Of a DNA stretch of 64,000 nucleotides, positions 34,620 through 45,905 are shown in pieces (the stretch's first letter is position 1; every line of letters begins with the position of its first letter). The notes beneath the pieces were generated by a model. It ran no database searches. It worked only from the letters and a program-made list of their open reading frames with translations, and was not told where the DNA came from. Origin of the DNA: Macrostomum lignano (taxonomy: Eukaryota); assembly GCA_002269645.1 (NCBI GenBank), contig NIVC01000277.1, positions 104,622-168,621 on the forward strand, written 5' to 3'. A program made the translations under genes and the position numbers.

Positions 34620-35060
34620 ATAAGTTTCTCATGATTCGCAATAATCTCATGGAAGCTCTGCAAAAATTTCATGGCTCCTTTGCAATAATCCCATAGCAGC
34701 TCTTCAAAACATCATAGTAGCTCTTAAATAATCTTATTGCAGCTTTGCAATATTCTCATAGAATCTGCACTAAAAACTCCCATATTTTCAATGAAATATC
34801 TACTGCTTTGCAATAATCTCATGGAAGCTCTGCAAAAATCGCATAGCAGCTTTAATTTAATCTCATAGCAGCTCTAAAGTAATCCCATAGCTGCTCTGCA
34901 AAAATCTCAGACGCTTTGCAAAATATTCTATATTCTCATAGCAGTTTTTGTTAGCTTTCAAAAATCTCATAAAAGCTTTGGAAAAATCTCATAGCAGTTT
35001 TGTAAAGATTCTATGAGATTATTGCAAAGCTGCTATGCGATTATTGCAAAGAACAGCCAA
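34620..35060. repeat. Degenerate ~21-bp minisatellite with inverted terminal units
   Basis: AATCTCATAGCAGCT(C/T)TGCAA units. Reverse-complement units occur near 35010-35050. Confidence 0.7.
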
Positions 35061-37123
35061 AGTTTCATAGCAGCTTTCTTAATATTCTGCTTAGCAAAGT
35101 TCCCAAATCAAGCTAGTACTACCTAACTCGTACATTAAGCTAATAATACATACACCAAACTTATCAACTCCTAATTAAACAACTTATCTTCTAATTAGGT
35201 GAATAATTATCTTACTCCGCTTATTACTCGTTGATTTAGCTTACGATTACCTAAGCTAACTGCTGTCTTCGAAACAAAATTTTCCCCTCATTAAGGTAAC
35301 TTTCTCAAAAGGCAATTAATTGCACTTGTAATAGTCCCAAACTCATTATCCCTTCATTAGGCATGGACGCACACAGACGTTAGTGATTAGGTGTATAAAA
35401 AGAGAGAAAAAATGTAAGATGGATCCAAAGTATGTCGTGGGAAAAAAGTATGGCTAGAAAAACAGGCAATATTCCTCTATTATAATTTTAAAAATGCTTA
35501 AATCTCAAAATTTTGACTGTTTTAGACACGGGTTTTCAACAGCATTTAGAAACCTGATGAAAGACTAAAGAACAGGCAGATCTTGCAAACAGTGTTTACT
35601 TTTTGTTTTCCATCTTGCTTTTAACGTTTATATTTTCACTTTTCTTCTTTATTTTGCATTCTCAATTACTCGTTCCAATAATTTACTCGTCGTACTTTCA
35701 TTTTTATTTTAATTTCTTGTTTGATATAAAAAGTCCAACACAGAACAGACTCCCTTTTGTGAAATAGATAAAAAGGAAATAAAAATAGATTTTTCATGGA
35801 TGTGGCCAGTATAATCCGATTCGCCTATTGGCAGTTGCATTGTTCGTATTTGAATATGTGCTGTTTGGCATTGGTTCATAAACTGTTTCAGTGTTTCAAG
35901 TATTTAATTTTTTTTCAAATCAATTTCAGCCAATTACATTGATAGTGTTGAACTCTGTATTCGAGAACAAATTTTCCATGCACCTTGTTTATGGCCGACT
36001 ATTTGTGTCGATCTTTAACTGGCGATTTATAAAATAGTTTTGTTACTGACTTTGCCTTGTCAACTATGCAGTAAGCAATAACTAAATTTTTTAAATATTA
36101 GACTTGAATATTAGAGGATGCAAACGTACACTCATTAACAATTCTTGTTCATATGGCAGTTGCATAAAGTGCAAGACTTTCGCAAGAAGGGTCGGTTTTT
36201 TGTATTAGTGTAACAACTGCTAGTAGATAATATAGGACAGAAAAAAATTGTGTGCTGATGAAATAAGCGGAATATAAAATCGGCTCATTGCTCTTTGATA
36301 AGTCAATTTGAAAAGTCCCCTAAATTAAAAGTTTTTTTCTATTTTCCAATGCAACGATTTTATCTTAATTGTTTCGGGTTTTGAGCATCTATCCCGATTT
36401 CCCACACTTATGGAGATAAGATAAGTCGGTAAGCATTAAGGTCACTTAAACTGCAGAATCATTTGCAGTGACTTGATAAGCGGAAATGCCTAAATTTTAT
36501 TACTTTTAAATGTTATGCATCTGACAACGATTTTGCTTGCTGCTGCGTCAAGGAAAAGCCTCTATCTTGGTAAAAGAAAAACCCTGACGGACAGGAGTCA
36601 ATGTAAACAAGAAGCAGACAATTATTTTGTATAAAACAAGTCAGATTATGCAAAGAACACAAAATACATAAAGCATGTTGATTGTAACCTCAATTAAAGC
36701 AGAGTAAAGTAGACTTAACTACTTTAACTAAGGCAGCAGTATACTCAGCTGATTGTCTGCTTCTGAGTCACGACGAGAGGGAATTGAGTAAATATATTTA
36801 TGGAAACTATCAAATTTTGAAAGGCGTAGCTTCTGTAGCTAATAAATTATAACATTGTCATAATTTATTTTCCTTTAACTCTGTTGCTAATGCATTAATA
36901 GTCGGTTCCCTGCTTCTTTAAGACATTGTAGAAAACCTAGGCCATTCTTATGATCATAAGAACGGGCTGTCCCCCACCTTTATTGCAAGACGACTAAAAC
37001 ATGCGAATGGTCGCTATTGAAATTTTTCTCAGAAGAAAAACAATTTCCGAAGGCGGAGACTAATTTGCACTAATTTTAACATGCACCGTTTTGGGGCTAC
37101 GTTTTAGCTACGTTTTAGCTACG

Positions 37124-37470
37124 CGGCCCCCTTGGCCCCCTGCTCAATAAATAAACCTATTGATACGTTCAAATGGTGCCGTGTCGTTCTTGAGTCCGAC
37201 CGGCGCTTCCGGCGCGATATCCGAGGCAGAACTGACCACAACAGTGGCACTTACAAAGTGGGGGGCCGCGGCGAGAGATTTGGGGGGCGCGGCAGGTGAT
37301 TGGGGGCACGGCGGTTGATTGGGGGCGCGGCGGTTGATTGGGGGGGGCGCAGTGGGTGATTGGGGGGGCGGCGGGTGATTGGGGGGGCGGCCGCGGCCCC
37401 CTTGGCCCCCTGCTCAATAAATACACCTATTGATACGTTCTAATGGTGCCGTGTCGTCCTTGAGTCCGAC
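37124..37470. repeat. ~76-bp direct repeat flanking GC-rich GATTGGGGG repeats
   Basis: GCGGCCCCCTTGGCCCCCTGCTCAATAAAT...GTGCCGTGTCGT(T/C)CTTGAGTCCGAC at ~37124-37199 and ~37394-37470. Confidence 0.8.
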
Positions 37471-37521
37471 GATCAGGGAGAGCAAGAGCAAGGAAGACGT
37501 AGGAAATACAAGGCGAGAAGA

Positions 37522-38960
37522 ATGAAGCGCAAATTCGAAATTTTTCGCGACGGACCAAAGTTGACGAAGGTGCGCATTGTAACGTCAGAGCCAATGACAG
37601 CCTCCTGCCCAGACCCGAACGAGCTGTTTGCCCAGTGGGTCGAGGTAAAGTGTCCGCCGGGACATCGAGCGGTTTTGCCCCTGCTTTCGAAGTTCCAATG
37701 CGCCGCTGAAGAGACACTGCCTCAGCCCAAAAGTATATTGTTGGTCGGCGAAAAATGCCGACGTGTACTTTATGGGCAACAAGCCGTATGCCTTGTTTTA
37801 ACACGGCTTTCCTGGCAAAAAGAAGGACCACCTGATTCCACATGTTTTTGTCTATTAAATGTGCGACCTGGGTTTGTTTTAGAGATTCGTCGGTGATTCT
37901 ATACGTAATGCTTACAAACATATGAACATTTTATTTGCTTTGAACCAGATCCGAACTGTGATGACGCCTGACAGGAGCGGACAAAGGAAGACTACGCAAG
38001 TTTTTTCTTTTGTTCTGTCTAATGACTCGGGCGAAATAAGGGTGAGTGTGTTTGGCCCTGATTCGCGCGACCTGCACAACCTTTGTGGGAGCAATGTTGC
38101 TCTCCAAAGTCAAGTTGAACGGTTAAAGCAGCTAATATGCAGTGTAATAATGCTGACAATATCAATGAGATTAAGCTGTCAGTGGAAAGTGTTTGCCGTA
38201 TTGAGCGAAGCCATTTAGTCGTCCAAGCGAAGCGACGCAGTGATCAATTTTATGGAATTGACGATTTAAAGCGGCATTAGTTTTTTCTTAATCAATAATG
38301 TTAATGATTTGAATTATATTTTAAAATAGTACAATATTCTTTTTTATTAAACTAGTCTTGAAATTGTATAAGCTTTTCCTTCAAACGAAACTTTTAGTAG
38401 TCCATTACTTCCTCTTGATAGGCCTCGTCGTTTCGAAACGTACAGAAGTAACTATGCATTTCGCATACCTTAAATGTCTTAGCGTAGTATCATCATAGTA
38501 GCTAATTCTAATTTGTAAAATGTCGTAGAAAGTATTTTAGATCTTTAAAAATGGTTATCGAATATATTGGCTTACACTTTTCATTTTATTATAATTGATT
38601 GAAGCCGTATAGTTTTTATTTTTTAGTATATTGTGATTACCTTATCTAAAACTTGGAAATTCCAGATCCTATTCGTGTTTTACAGGTACTTTGACGTTAT
38701 TGGCGTTATCTATAGAATAGACGGCGAAGAAAAAAATAATCAAGAAAGACCAGCAGTGTACAACGCTGAGCAGAGTAACATTGGTGGACGATTCAAAGCA
38801 ACAAGTCTTTTACACCTTCTGGGGTACCGAGTCGGCTCAAGTAGCTTCATGGAAAGTTGGTGAAGCTTTGGCTATCAGACGAGTGAGGTACGACGCGTTT
38901 AAATGGATCGTACAGCTAAGCTGCTCGCATGTGGAAGTAATTTACGTTCCTAAATGGTAA
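37522..38960 (+). pseudogene. RPA70-like tandem OB-fold gene, degraded, probably Helitron cargo
   Basis: QVFSFVLSNDSGEIRVSVFG (~37990-38060) and YFDVIGVI...VTLVDDSKQQVFYTFWGTESA...GEALAIRRVR (~38690-38900) match the RPA1 DBD-A and DBD-B patterns. Same strand as, and just upstream of, the Rep domain. Confidence 0.7.
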
Positions 38961-39883
38961 AGCTGATCGACTGAAACATTGGTTCGCAAGTATTCCTAGA
39001 GACTACGCCCACTTTACTTTGGTTGTTCCTTTCGAAGCAACTGCAGCAATGACATCAACACCTGTGTCGATGCACAGCGCCCGCTGTGAGGAACAGAGCG
39101 AAGAATTTGTCAATCAGCCCAGTTTTACCGTCTCATCTGAACTGAGTCCACCCATGTCCAGTGATGTGAAACGAGTGAAGTTTATGATTGATGGATTTGT
39201 CGTATTGTTAATAACGGATTATTCGGTACTTGTAATATGTTTGTAAATATTTACATGCCTAGCTGAATTACAAACGCTTTTGCCATTCGGGCAGAAAATA
39301 ACATCCTGCCTGTTTGTCTGCACAATTTATTCTATTTTCATATAAGGAATATCTTACTTTTATTACTTTGCTATTTGCTTTTTTGATATTTAGGTGGATG
39401 TAAATGTAGGGCAGCTGTGAACAAGAGTTATATTTATTATTTGTGTCATTTAGACATTTACTAGTACTTGCATTTAAGTGATCATTTAACTAAAAACGCA
39501 TAACTATTATTCCACCGCCCCCAGTATGCTGGCGATCTTCATGCTAGCCAGGACGAGGGTGCGCTTTAGATGAAACCAGTGTACCGAGAACTGAAGCTTT
39601 CACGTAGGCCGCAGATGCAGACTTTGAAATCGACATGTCAGAAATATCTACGGAAGCTGGAGAAGTGACGAGACCAGACAGCTGAAGTTGACACACCAGT
39701 CATGTGCTCGGTCGCATGGACGGCCTATGTCCTCACTGCAGCGCGCTACGCAGGTGTGACGAGCCAGCTAGCATTTGTTGTAATGATGGAAAAGTGAATT
39801 GATATTATGTGTTTCCTTGAATTGCTGCATTATCGATGCTATTTTATACCAATCACTATAAAATTAATAATGTATAAAAACCT

Positions 39884-41860
39884 TTGACCACCACTGGAGT
39901 CATAGACAACTGCGTGATTTGCTGCGGCCCGTCTCCACATAAAGCTATTTTTTTCATTTCACTGATTGGAATGCTGCTGGAGCAGCGCCGAGACCCCTTT
40001 GATGTTCTGAAGCGGCTGCTGATTGACGAGCATCCGTTCAGCAAACAGTTCCTGAAGGATATCGAGAAGTACAACGGCGCGCTCCACATGACGTCGCTCA
40101 GTGCCCCGAAGCGTCAGCAGCCGGGGTGGAAGCCCAGCTTCATCCTCCATGGTCAGATGCACCATCGGATCGGCAGCCTGTTGCCGAAGCCGGGAGATGC
40201 AGTCAGGTTCTGCCAGGTCTTCTTTGTGGATTAAGAGCTGCAGAACAGATTGCAATCGGCGACGGTGCTGAACGACGCTTTGCTGCAGGAGCTGCATGCT
40301 GTTCTGCATGACTTTAACAGCTACGTGCACAGCCTAAGTCAGCAGTTGACTTGACGCGCAGCGACCCGCAGCTGCAAAGCGCCTGGGTCGTGATCAACCC
40401 CGATGCCCGCCCGTCTGGGGAGCATGTCCGACGCTTCAACTTGCCCGACTGCAGTGAGGTCGGCATCCTAACGGATCTTTTAGGCGCAATGGCGTAGCGT
40501 GATTTTGGTGGTGGTACGTACTTTAGCGCGGTAAACGAGTTAAAATTTGGTTTGCATTGTAAACTTAAATAATGTATTAAAAACGTTCTGGGCTATTCGT
40601 TCGGGTATATATATACATTTTGGTTGCTTTTGGACTGTAGTTTCAGATCATTGATATATTACTCAACTGAATCCACAGGCCTCCATGAGATTTCTGAGAT
40701 CCATCGCTCCTACGATCCGTTGGAGTACTCGTACGTGCTGCTGCTTCCGTACGGCGAGGACGTCCGGTACATTGGGCTCAAGAAGGATCCAGACATCACC
40801 ATCATAAAGTACTACGCCTACATGATCCAGGTGCGACCAGGCCAGTTTAACAGCCTGCTGTACGGTCGCCGGCTCTTCCGGCAGTACCTACTGGACCAGG
40901 CTGCCAAGATCGAGTCCGAGCGACTTACGTAAATCCGACAGCACCAAAAGGATGTCGGAAAGTCTTCGGGGTCTCCGAGACGAGCTGCACGACGACGGAC
41001 GACGGCAGCCGGGAGGAAGTCGGGAAGCGTGTCATACTTACTTTCAGCTACGTGGGAAGCGTCGGTACCGTCTGGAGCGTCAGCACGCGCAGCTTTGGCT
41101 GGCGAACAAGCTAAGCCGGATCAGTACGATGCCGTCATCAGCGCGGAGATCCCGGACCCTGACGCAGACCTGCATCAGCTGGTGGCGGACGACATGCTGC
41201 ACGGTCCCTGTGGGCAGCAGCTCCTCTGCCGCGACGTGATGGAGAAAGGCAGGTGCAGCAAGCGCTACCCGAGGGAGTTCCTGGCAGCTACGAAGGTGGA
41301 AGATGGCTACCCGTATTACTGACGCAGATTCGTCGAGATAGGCGGCTTCACGGTGACGAAGCTCGCAAAGCTGCGCAGCGGTCAGAGGGTGATGTTCACC
41401 TTTGACAACCGCTGGGTCGTGCCGTACTGCCCAGCGCTGCTGCGCGAGTTTCGCTGTCACCTGAATGTCAAGATCTGCGCGAAAGTTCAGGCCATCAAGT
41501 ACGTTGTAAAGTAAATCACCAAGGCTAGCGACATGGCAGCATACCAGATCCGTAAGGAGTCGGCGGCTGCTGCAAATGCCAGCGCTGATTCGGCAACTGA
41601 AGGACCACTGGTAGTCGCCGGGCCAAAACCAAAGGCTCAACCACAGGCGGAGCCGCATCAAGTAAATGAATTTACTGCTATGGAAACTAAATAATGCAAT
41701 GACTGGTAATATTTTTCAATAACGCTAGCTTTCAGCACGGTCAGCTCTACGTGGCTCTAAGTCGTGCGCGGAGTGCCGATGGCATTTAAGTTCGGGCTCC
41801 AGGTAGACGGACAAGGAACATTGTGCTGCGCCAGCTTATCGGCAAGCAGAATTGATTAGG
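39884..41860 (+). pseudogene. Helitron RepHel, heavily deleted
   Basis: FLKDIEKYNGALHMTS...FILHGQMHHRIGSLLP, RRFNLP..SEV, YDPLEY...GE, RRLFRQYLLD...IESERL, AEIPD...MLHGPCG...CSKRYP and DNRWVVPY...HLNV...IKY. Then only helicase motif VI FQHGQLYVALSR (41730-41765) and the RNIV tail remain. Confidence 0.92.
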
Positions 41861-42456
41861 ACAGAACGACTGAACTGAATCATAGGCAGAGGAGTAGCTA
41901 ATCAGCTCTTACAGAGTGATTTGTATTCATTCAATTAGTTATTTGCGCAAGGTGGCGGTCTATCACAGACTTTAGATTATAACAATTTTAGACTGACGAA
42001 CACTAAGCTCTTGACGGAGAATGCCATAGCAGAAATTTTTAGCTGTAATCGCACCCTACCGCTAAATCATATTCCTAAAGTTTGATTCGCATCAATTTCA
42101 GTTGGCAATGAGCACTAGAATTCTACACTTTTGAGACTGGCAAACCCAGAACAGTCAACCCCAGGCATTGTAATCTAGCCTTAAAGCTCACTGAAAGTTT
42201 AAAGTTTGTGAGACTCTCCACACCAGCTTATAAAAAATTCAATTACTCACCAATATGCTGACAAAATGCAGGTGCTAAGTCTTTTGAGAACTGGAATAAA
42301 TCCATCTGCCAGAAACCTCCCCAAACCAGTCATACTAGTTCTCACCCCAAACCGACCCTATAAATTCAAGAGCGCAAAATCAGCTTTAATTATAAGTTAT
42401 CAATTAACAGTCAACTTAATTTAGAAATTTAGACAAACCATTTTTAGCATATTGTA

Positions 42457-42993
42457 TTGTATAGAAGTCGAAAATGTTCAAGTCAACACAATCCGAACCT
42501 GGAGAAATTAGAAGGGCTGCAGAAAGCCATGGAGCAGCACTTCAGTTTGTTCGTGAGAAAGACATCTGAAATGCTTCAGGAGCACAAATCGGCGCAACAT
42601 GAAGCAAAGCTCAAGTCCTCCCTCGAAGAAGTTGTAATAAAGCAACGACAGCAGCTGGAGTACGACAATAAACGACTGACGGACACTGAGGCCGAACTGG
42701 AGAGCAAGAAGAGGGAATGCTACTGCTTGGCTGCCTTCCTGCAAACGAGGACGCTGGGTTGCTCGCCTGCGTCAACGACACTGCTTCAGGCCAGCCACTG
42801 CGAAGCGACTCTGCAGTCGGGACGACAGCTCTGCTCAGCAACCGGACGAACCAGCTGTGAAGCCGCAGACTCGGCAAAGCAAACGAAGCTGACTAACTAT
42901 TTTATTATTTTTTATATATTATATTTCTATTGGAATTCTGACTGCTTGCGACACCCGTTAACTAAAAAAATTAATCTACATCTTAAAACTTAA
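42457..42993 (+). CDS. Coiled-coil ORF or exon with a PIP-box-like motif; function unknown
   Basis: GC-richer stop-free frame rich in E/K/Q (LEEVVIKQRQQLEYDNKRLTDTEAELESKKRE). QTKLTNYF at 42880-42903. Start and splice structure uncertain. Confidence 0.4.
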   Translation: MYRSRKCSSQHNPNLEKLEGLQKAMEQHFSLFVRKTSEMLQEHKSAQHEAKLKSSLEEVVIKQRQQLEYDNKRLTDTEAELESKKRECYCLAAFLQTRTLGCSPASTTLLQASHCEATLQSGRQLCSATGRTSCEAADSAKQTKLTNYFIIFYILYFYWNSDCLRHPLTKKINLHLKT

Positions 42994-45467
42994 CAATTCT
43001 TAACTTGTAAAAAAATAATGAAAAAAAGTGTCTTCTCTTGTAGTCAAGTAATCAAGCAGTCACATTCCTTTTCTTTGCACTCTTGGTTTGTATTCATGTT
43101 TGCTAGTAGCCTGAAGTACTCTCAGCTGCTATTTCTCTGATACTATTTCTTTCGAGATGGACTCGATCTTCGCTTTCTGTTGTTTATACTCGGCAACAGT
43201 CAAGAGTTCCACCAGTACAAATCATGCGTTGTTAGAGAACTTCCCAAAAGGTGCATAGGTGCATAAGGTGCAAAAGGTGCATAAAAATATCTTTGGTGGG
43301 TGGAACTTTTGACTGTTGTTGGGTATAATGTCATGTCATGTAAAAAAGAAGCGTCATGTAGGCATAAAAGAAGCGTCGTGTCAGAAAAAAGAAGCATGCT
43401 ATGCCAAAAACATGCCAAAAAAGAATTGTCATATAGTCTTGGGGAGAACTGCTGGAGATGTCAATGCTTACAGGGGAATAGCTGAGATGTGAAGGCCTAC
43501 AATGACTAAGAGATTGCTTGGTCATTGAGAGAAGAAAAAAGCTACATGTAGTTTATTCAAAATTTAACCCAACCCAACCCAACGGGGGCGCTTTTTGCTA
43601 GTATGCTTTATATTAAGATTTCTTTATGGGGGATGCTCCGAAAGACTGGCTATTTTGTTTCGTATTTTGTCACTTTTAAGACACCACCATCGCACCAACA
43701 CTATAATCCCACTGAACAACACTTTTCCCTGCAGAAACTGGCTACTGCAGCAGACTTTGTCTAACCCAAACTGATTGAGAAGGAACTCCATCAAATCGCG
43801 GTATTAACCCCAGTACATTAGGAACTCCAGTTACGCCCTGCAACTCTGAACAATACCGGGATGGACGATCTAGTTCAAGCCATCAGAGCTTGGCCTGTTC
43901 CAGTACAACTAGCTAAATACCGGGACGAACTGATGCAAATTGGATACCCATTGCCGGCACACCCGGCGACGTCAGGGCAAGATAGGCATACTGGAAATCC
44001 TGGAGAATACCTAAAACACGGCACATGTACTGCTACAATGACTTTTCTGGCCAATGGCAAATGGCCAAAATAGTGGAACGCGTTGTAAATTTAGGACAAC
44101 GCTATGCTATGCTTTTAGGCTACTCTATGCTTTTCAATAACGAACAGAACAGAACAAAACTCTCTGGGACAAAACATATTTCTGGTGATAGGTATAACAC
44201 TACATACAGGTTACGGTGCTTTCTTAAATGCTACTTTTACAATTTTATTTGTACCATAACAATACGTCCTAGGAGAAATAGGACACGTATAATCAGCTCT
44301 CGATCCATAATAGCTAAATACCCCAAATGACTATTTCATAGCATTATTATAAAAATAGGCTTATTTCTGTTGTAAATAAAACCATATTTTCATTATTACA
44401 AATTTTAATTCAGGGAGAATTTTTCGTAAACATGAGAGATACTGTAGAGAACTGTAAAACATTTCCTAATGCACTACTTAAAGTAACATTTTAGAAAATT
44501 CATTTTAACTTGCAATCTATTCTTAAAATGCGTAATAATGAGTCATATCTATTTTCAGAATGAGTCATGTGCAAACAGAAGTGACTCAGAGCCTTACATA
44601 GGATCAACGTTTATTTGATCAAGGTATATGCGTTTTTCTCTGGTGCCTTATTGTTTGTGATCTCACTATGATATGGGTCTAGCGGTCTAAGGTTCTTACA
44701 GCTCTTACAACTATGTAGGTTACATGATGTGGTCTTAAATGATGCGCTGATTTGTCTGCTGCATCTGCTGCATTTTCATCTTCTGGTGCTGGTTCTTGGT
44801 AGAAAGAGTTCTCGACTAAGTTGGTGATATCTGCAATTAATTCATTGACATTTCCTGGTTGCATCTTGCGGGATGCTAATATAGAATAGCCATTGATCAG
44901 TCTATCCTTAGGTCTATGCTTGAAGTTTGAACTCTCATAGCCAATGGACGAATGATCGTCTTATCTCATAGTCTCTTACAGACAACTTGATTGCTTGGAC
45001 GACTGTCAATAGGTCTTTGGCCTGCTATTGTCTTAACAAGTCATTGTCTTAACAAGTCACTTGTGTAGTTAAGCTAATATTGTTTTGTCTTTCACCTTCC
45101 GGTTGTTGTTGGTCTTGTTGTGAATCTTCTTGATGTTGATTTCCTTGATGCAAGTCTTCTTGATGCGGTTTTTCTGGTTGGAGCATGCACCTTCTGGCTT
45201 GGGCAACACATTGGTTGTTGCATGGACCTGTGGGGTCTGGGACTTGGTAGTCTTCTAAAAAGTTAGGGTGTGCTTTTAAATGTTGCAGGGTAGGCTGCAA
45301 AAGGTTAGTACGATTCAGGTTGCAATTTGTATAGTAATACACAAACAAAACCATTGTTGGCAATATTGTCCTGCTAATCAACAATTAAGCGATTGAAAAT
45401 TGAAAAATTGAAAAGGGGCAAAGGTTAAGATACACTTCAAGCTTAGGCAGTGCAAATTGGGTTCAAA

Positions 45468-45708
45468 CAATTTAGGTTATTTGTTTATTTCTTGAATTTT
45501 TTTTTAAATTTATTTAAAATTAATTATAATTAATTAACCTTTAATTATAATTATAATAATACAATTATTAATAAAGGTTATAATACTAATAATACTAATA
45601 AAAGGTTATAATATTAATAATACAATTATAATTAAAGGTTAATTAATTATAATTAATTTTAAATAAATTCAAAAAAAAATTCAAGAAATAAACAAATAAC
45701 CTAAATTG
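45468..45708. repeat. AT-rich long inverted repeat (foldback/MITE-like)
   Basis: CAATTTAGGTTATTTGTTTATTTCTTGAATTTTT... and its near-perfect reverse complement ...TTCAAGAAATAAACAAATAACCTAAATTG. Arms of roughly 85 bp around an AT-rich spacer. Confidence 0.9.
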
Positions 45709-45905
45709 TATTGTAAAATATTATAATACAACAATAATTATTATTATTATTATAATTAAAGGTTAATTAATTATAATTAATTTTAATTAGTAATTATTAT
45801 TAATTATTATTTATTATTATTATTTTAAATAGTAATTATTATTATTATTACTATTAAATTATAAATTACAATTATTATAATTATATATAAAATATAATTA
45901 TATAT

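Noticed and set aside
35100-37100. 2-kb AT-rich stretch without ORFs
   Set aside because: No repeats, termini or coding signal recognised. Treated as ordinary intergenic or intronic DNA.
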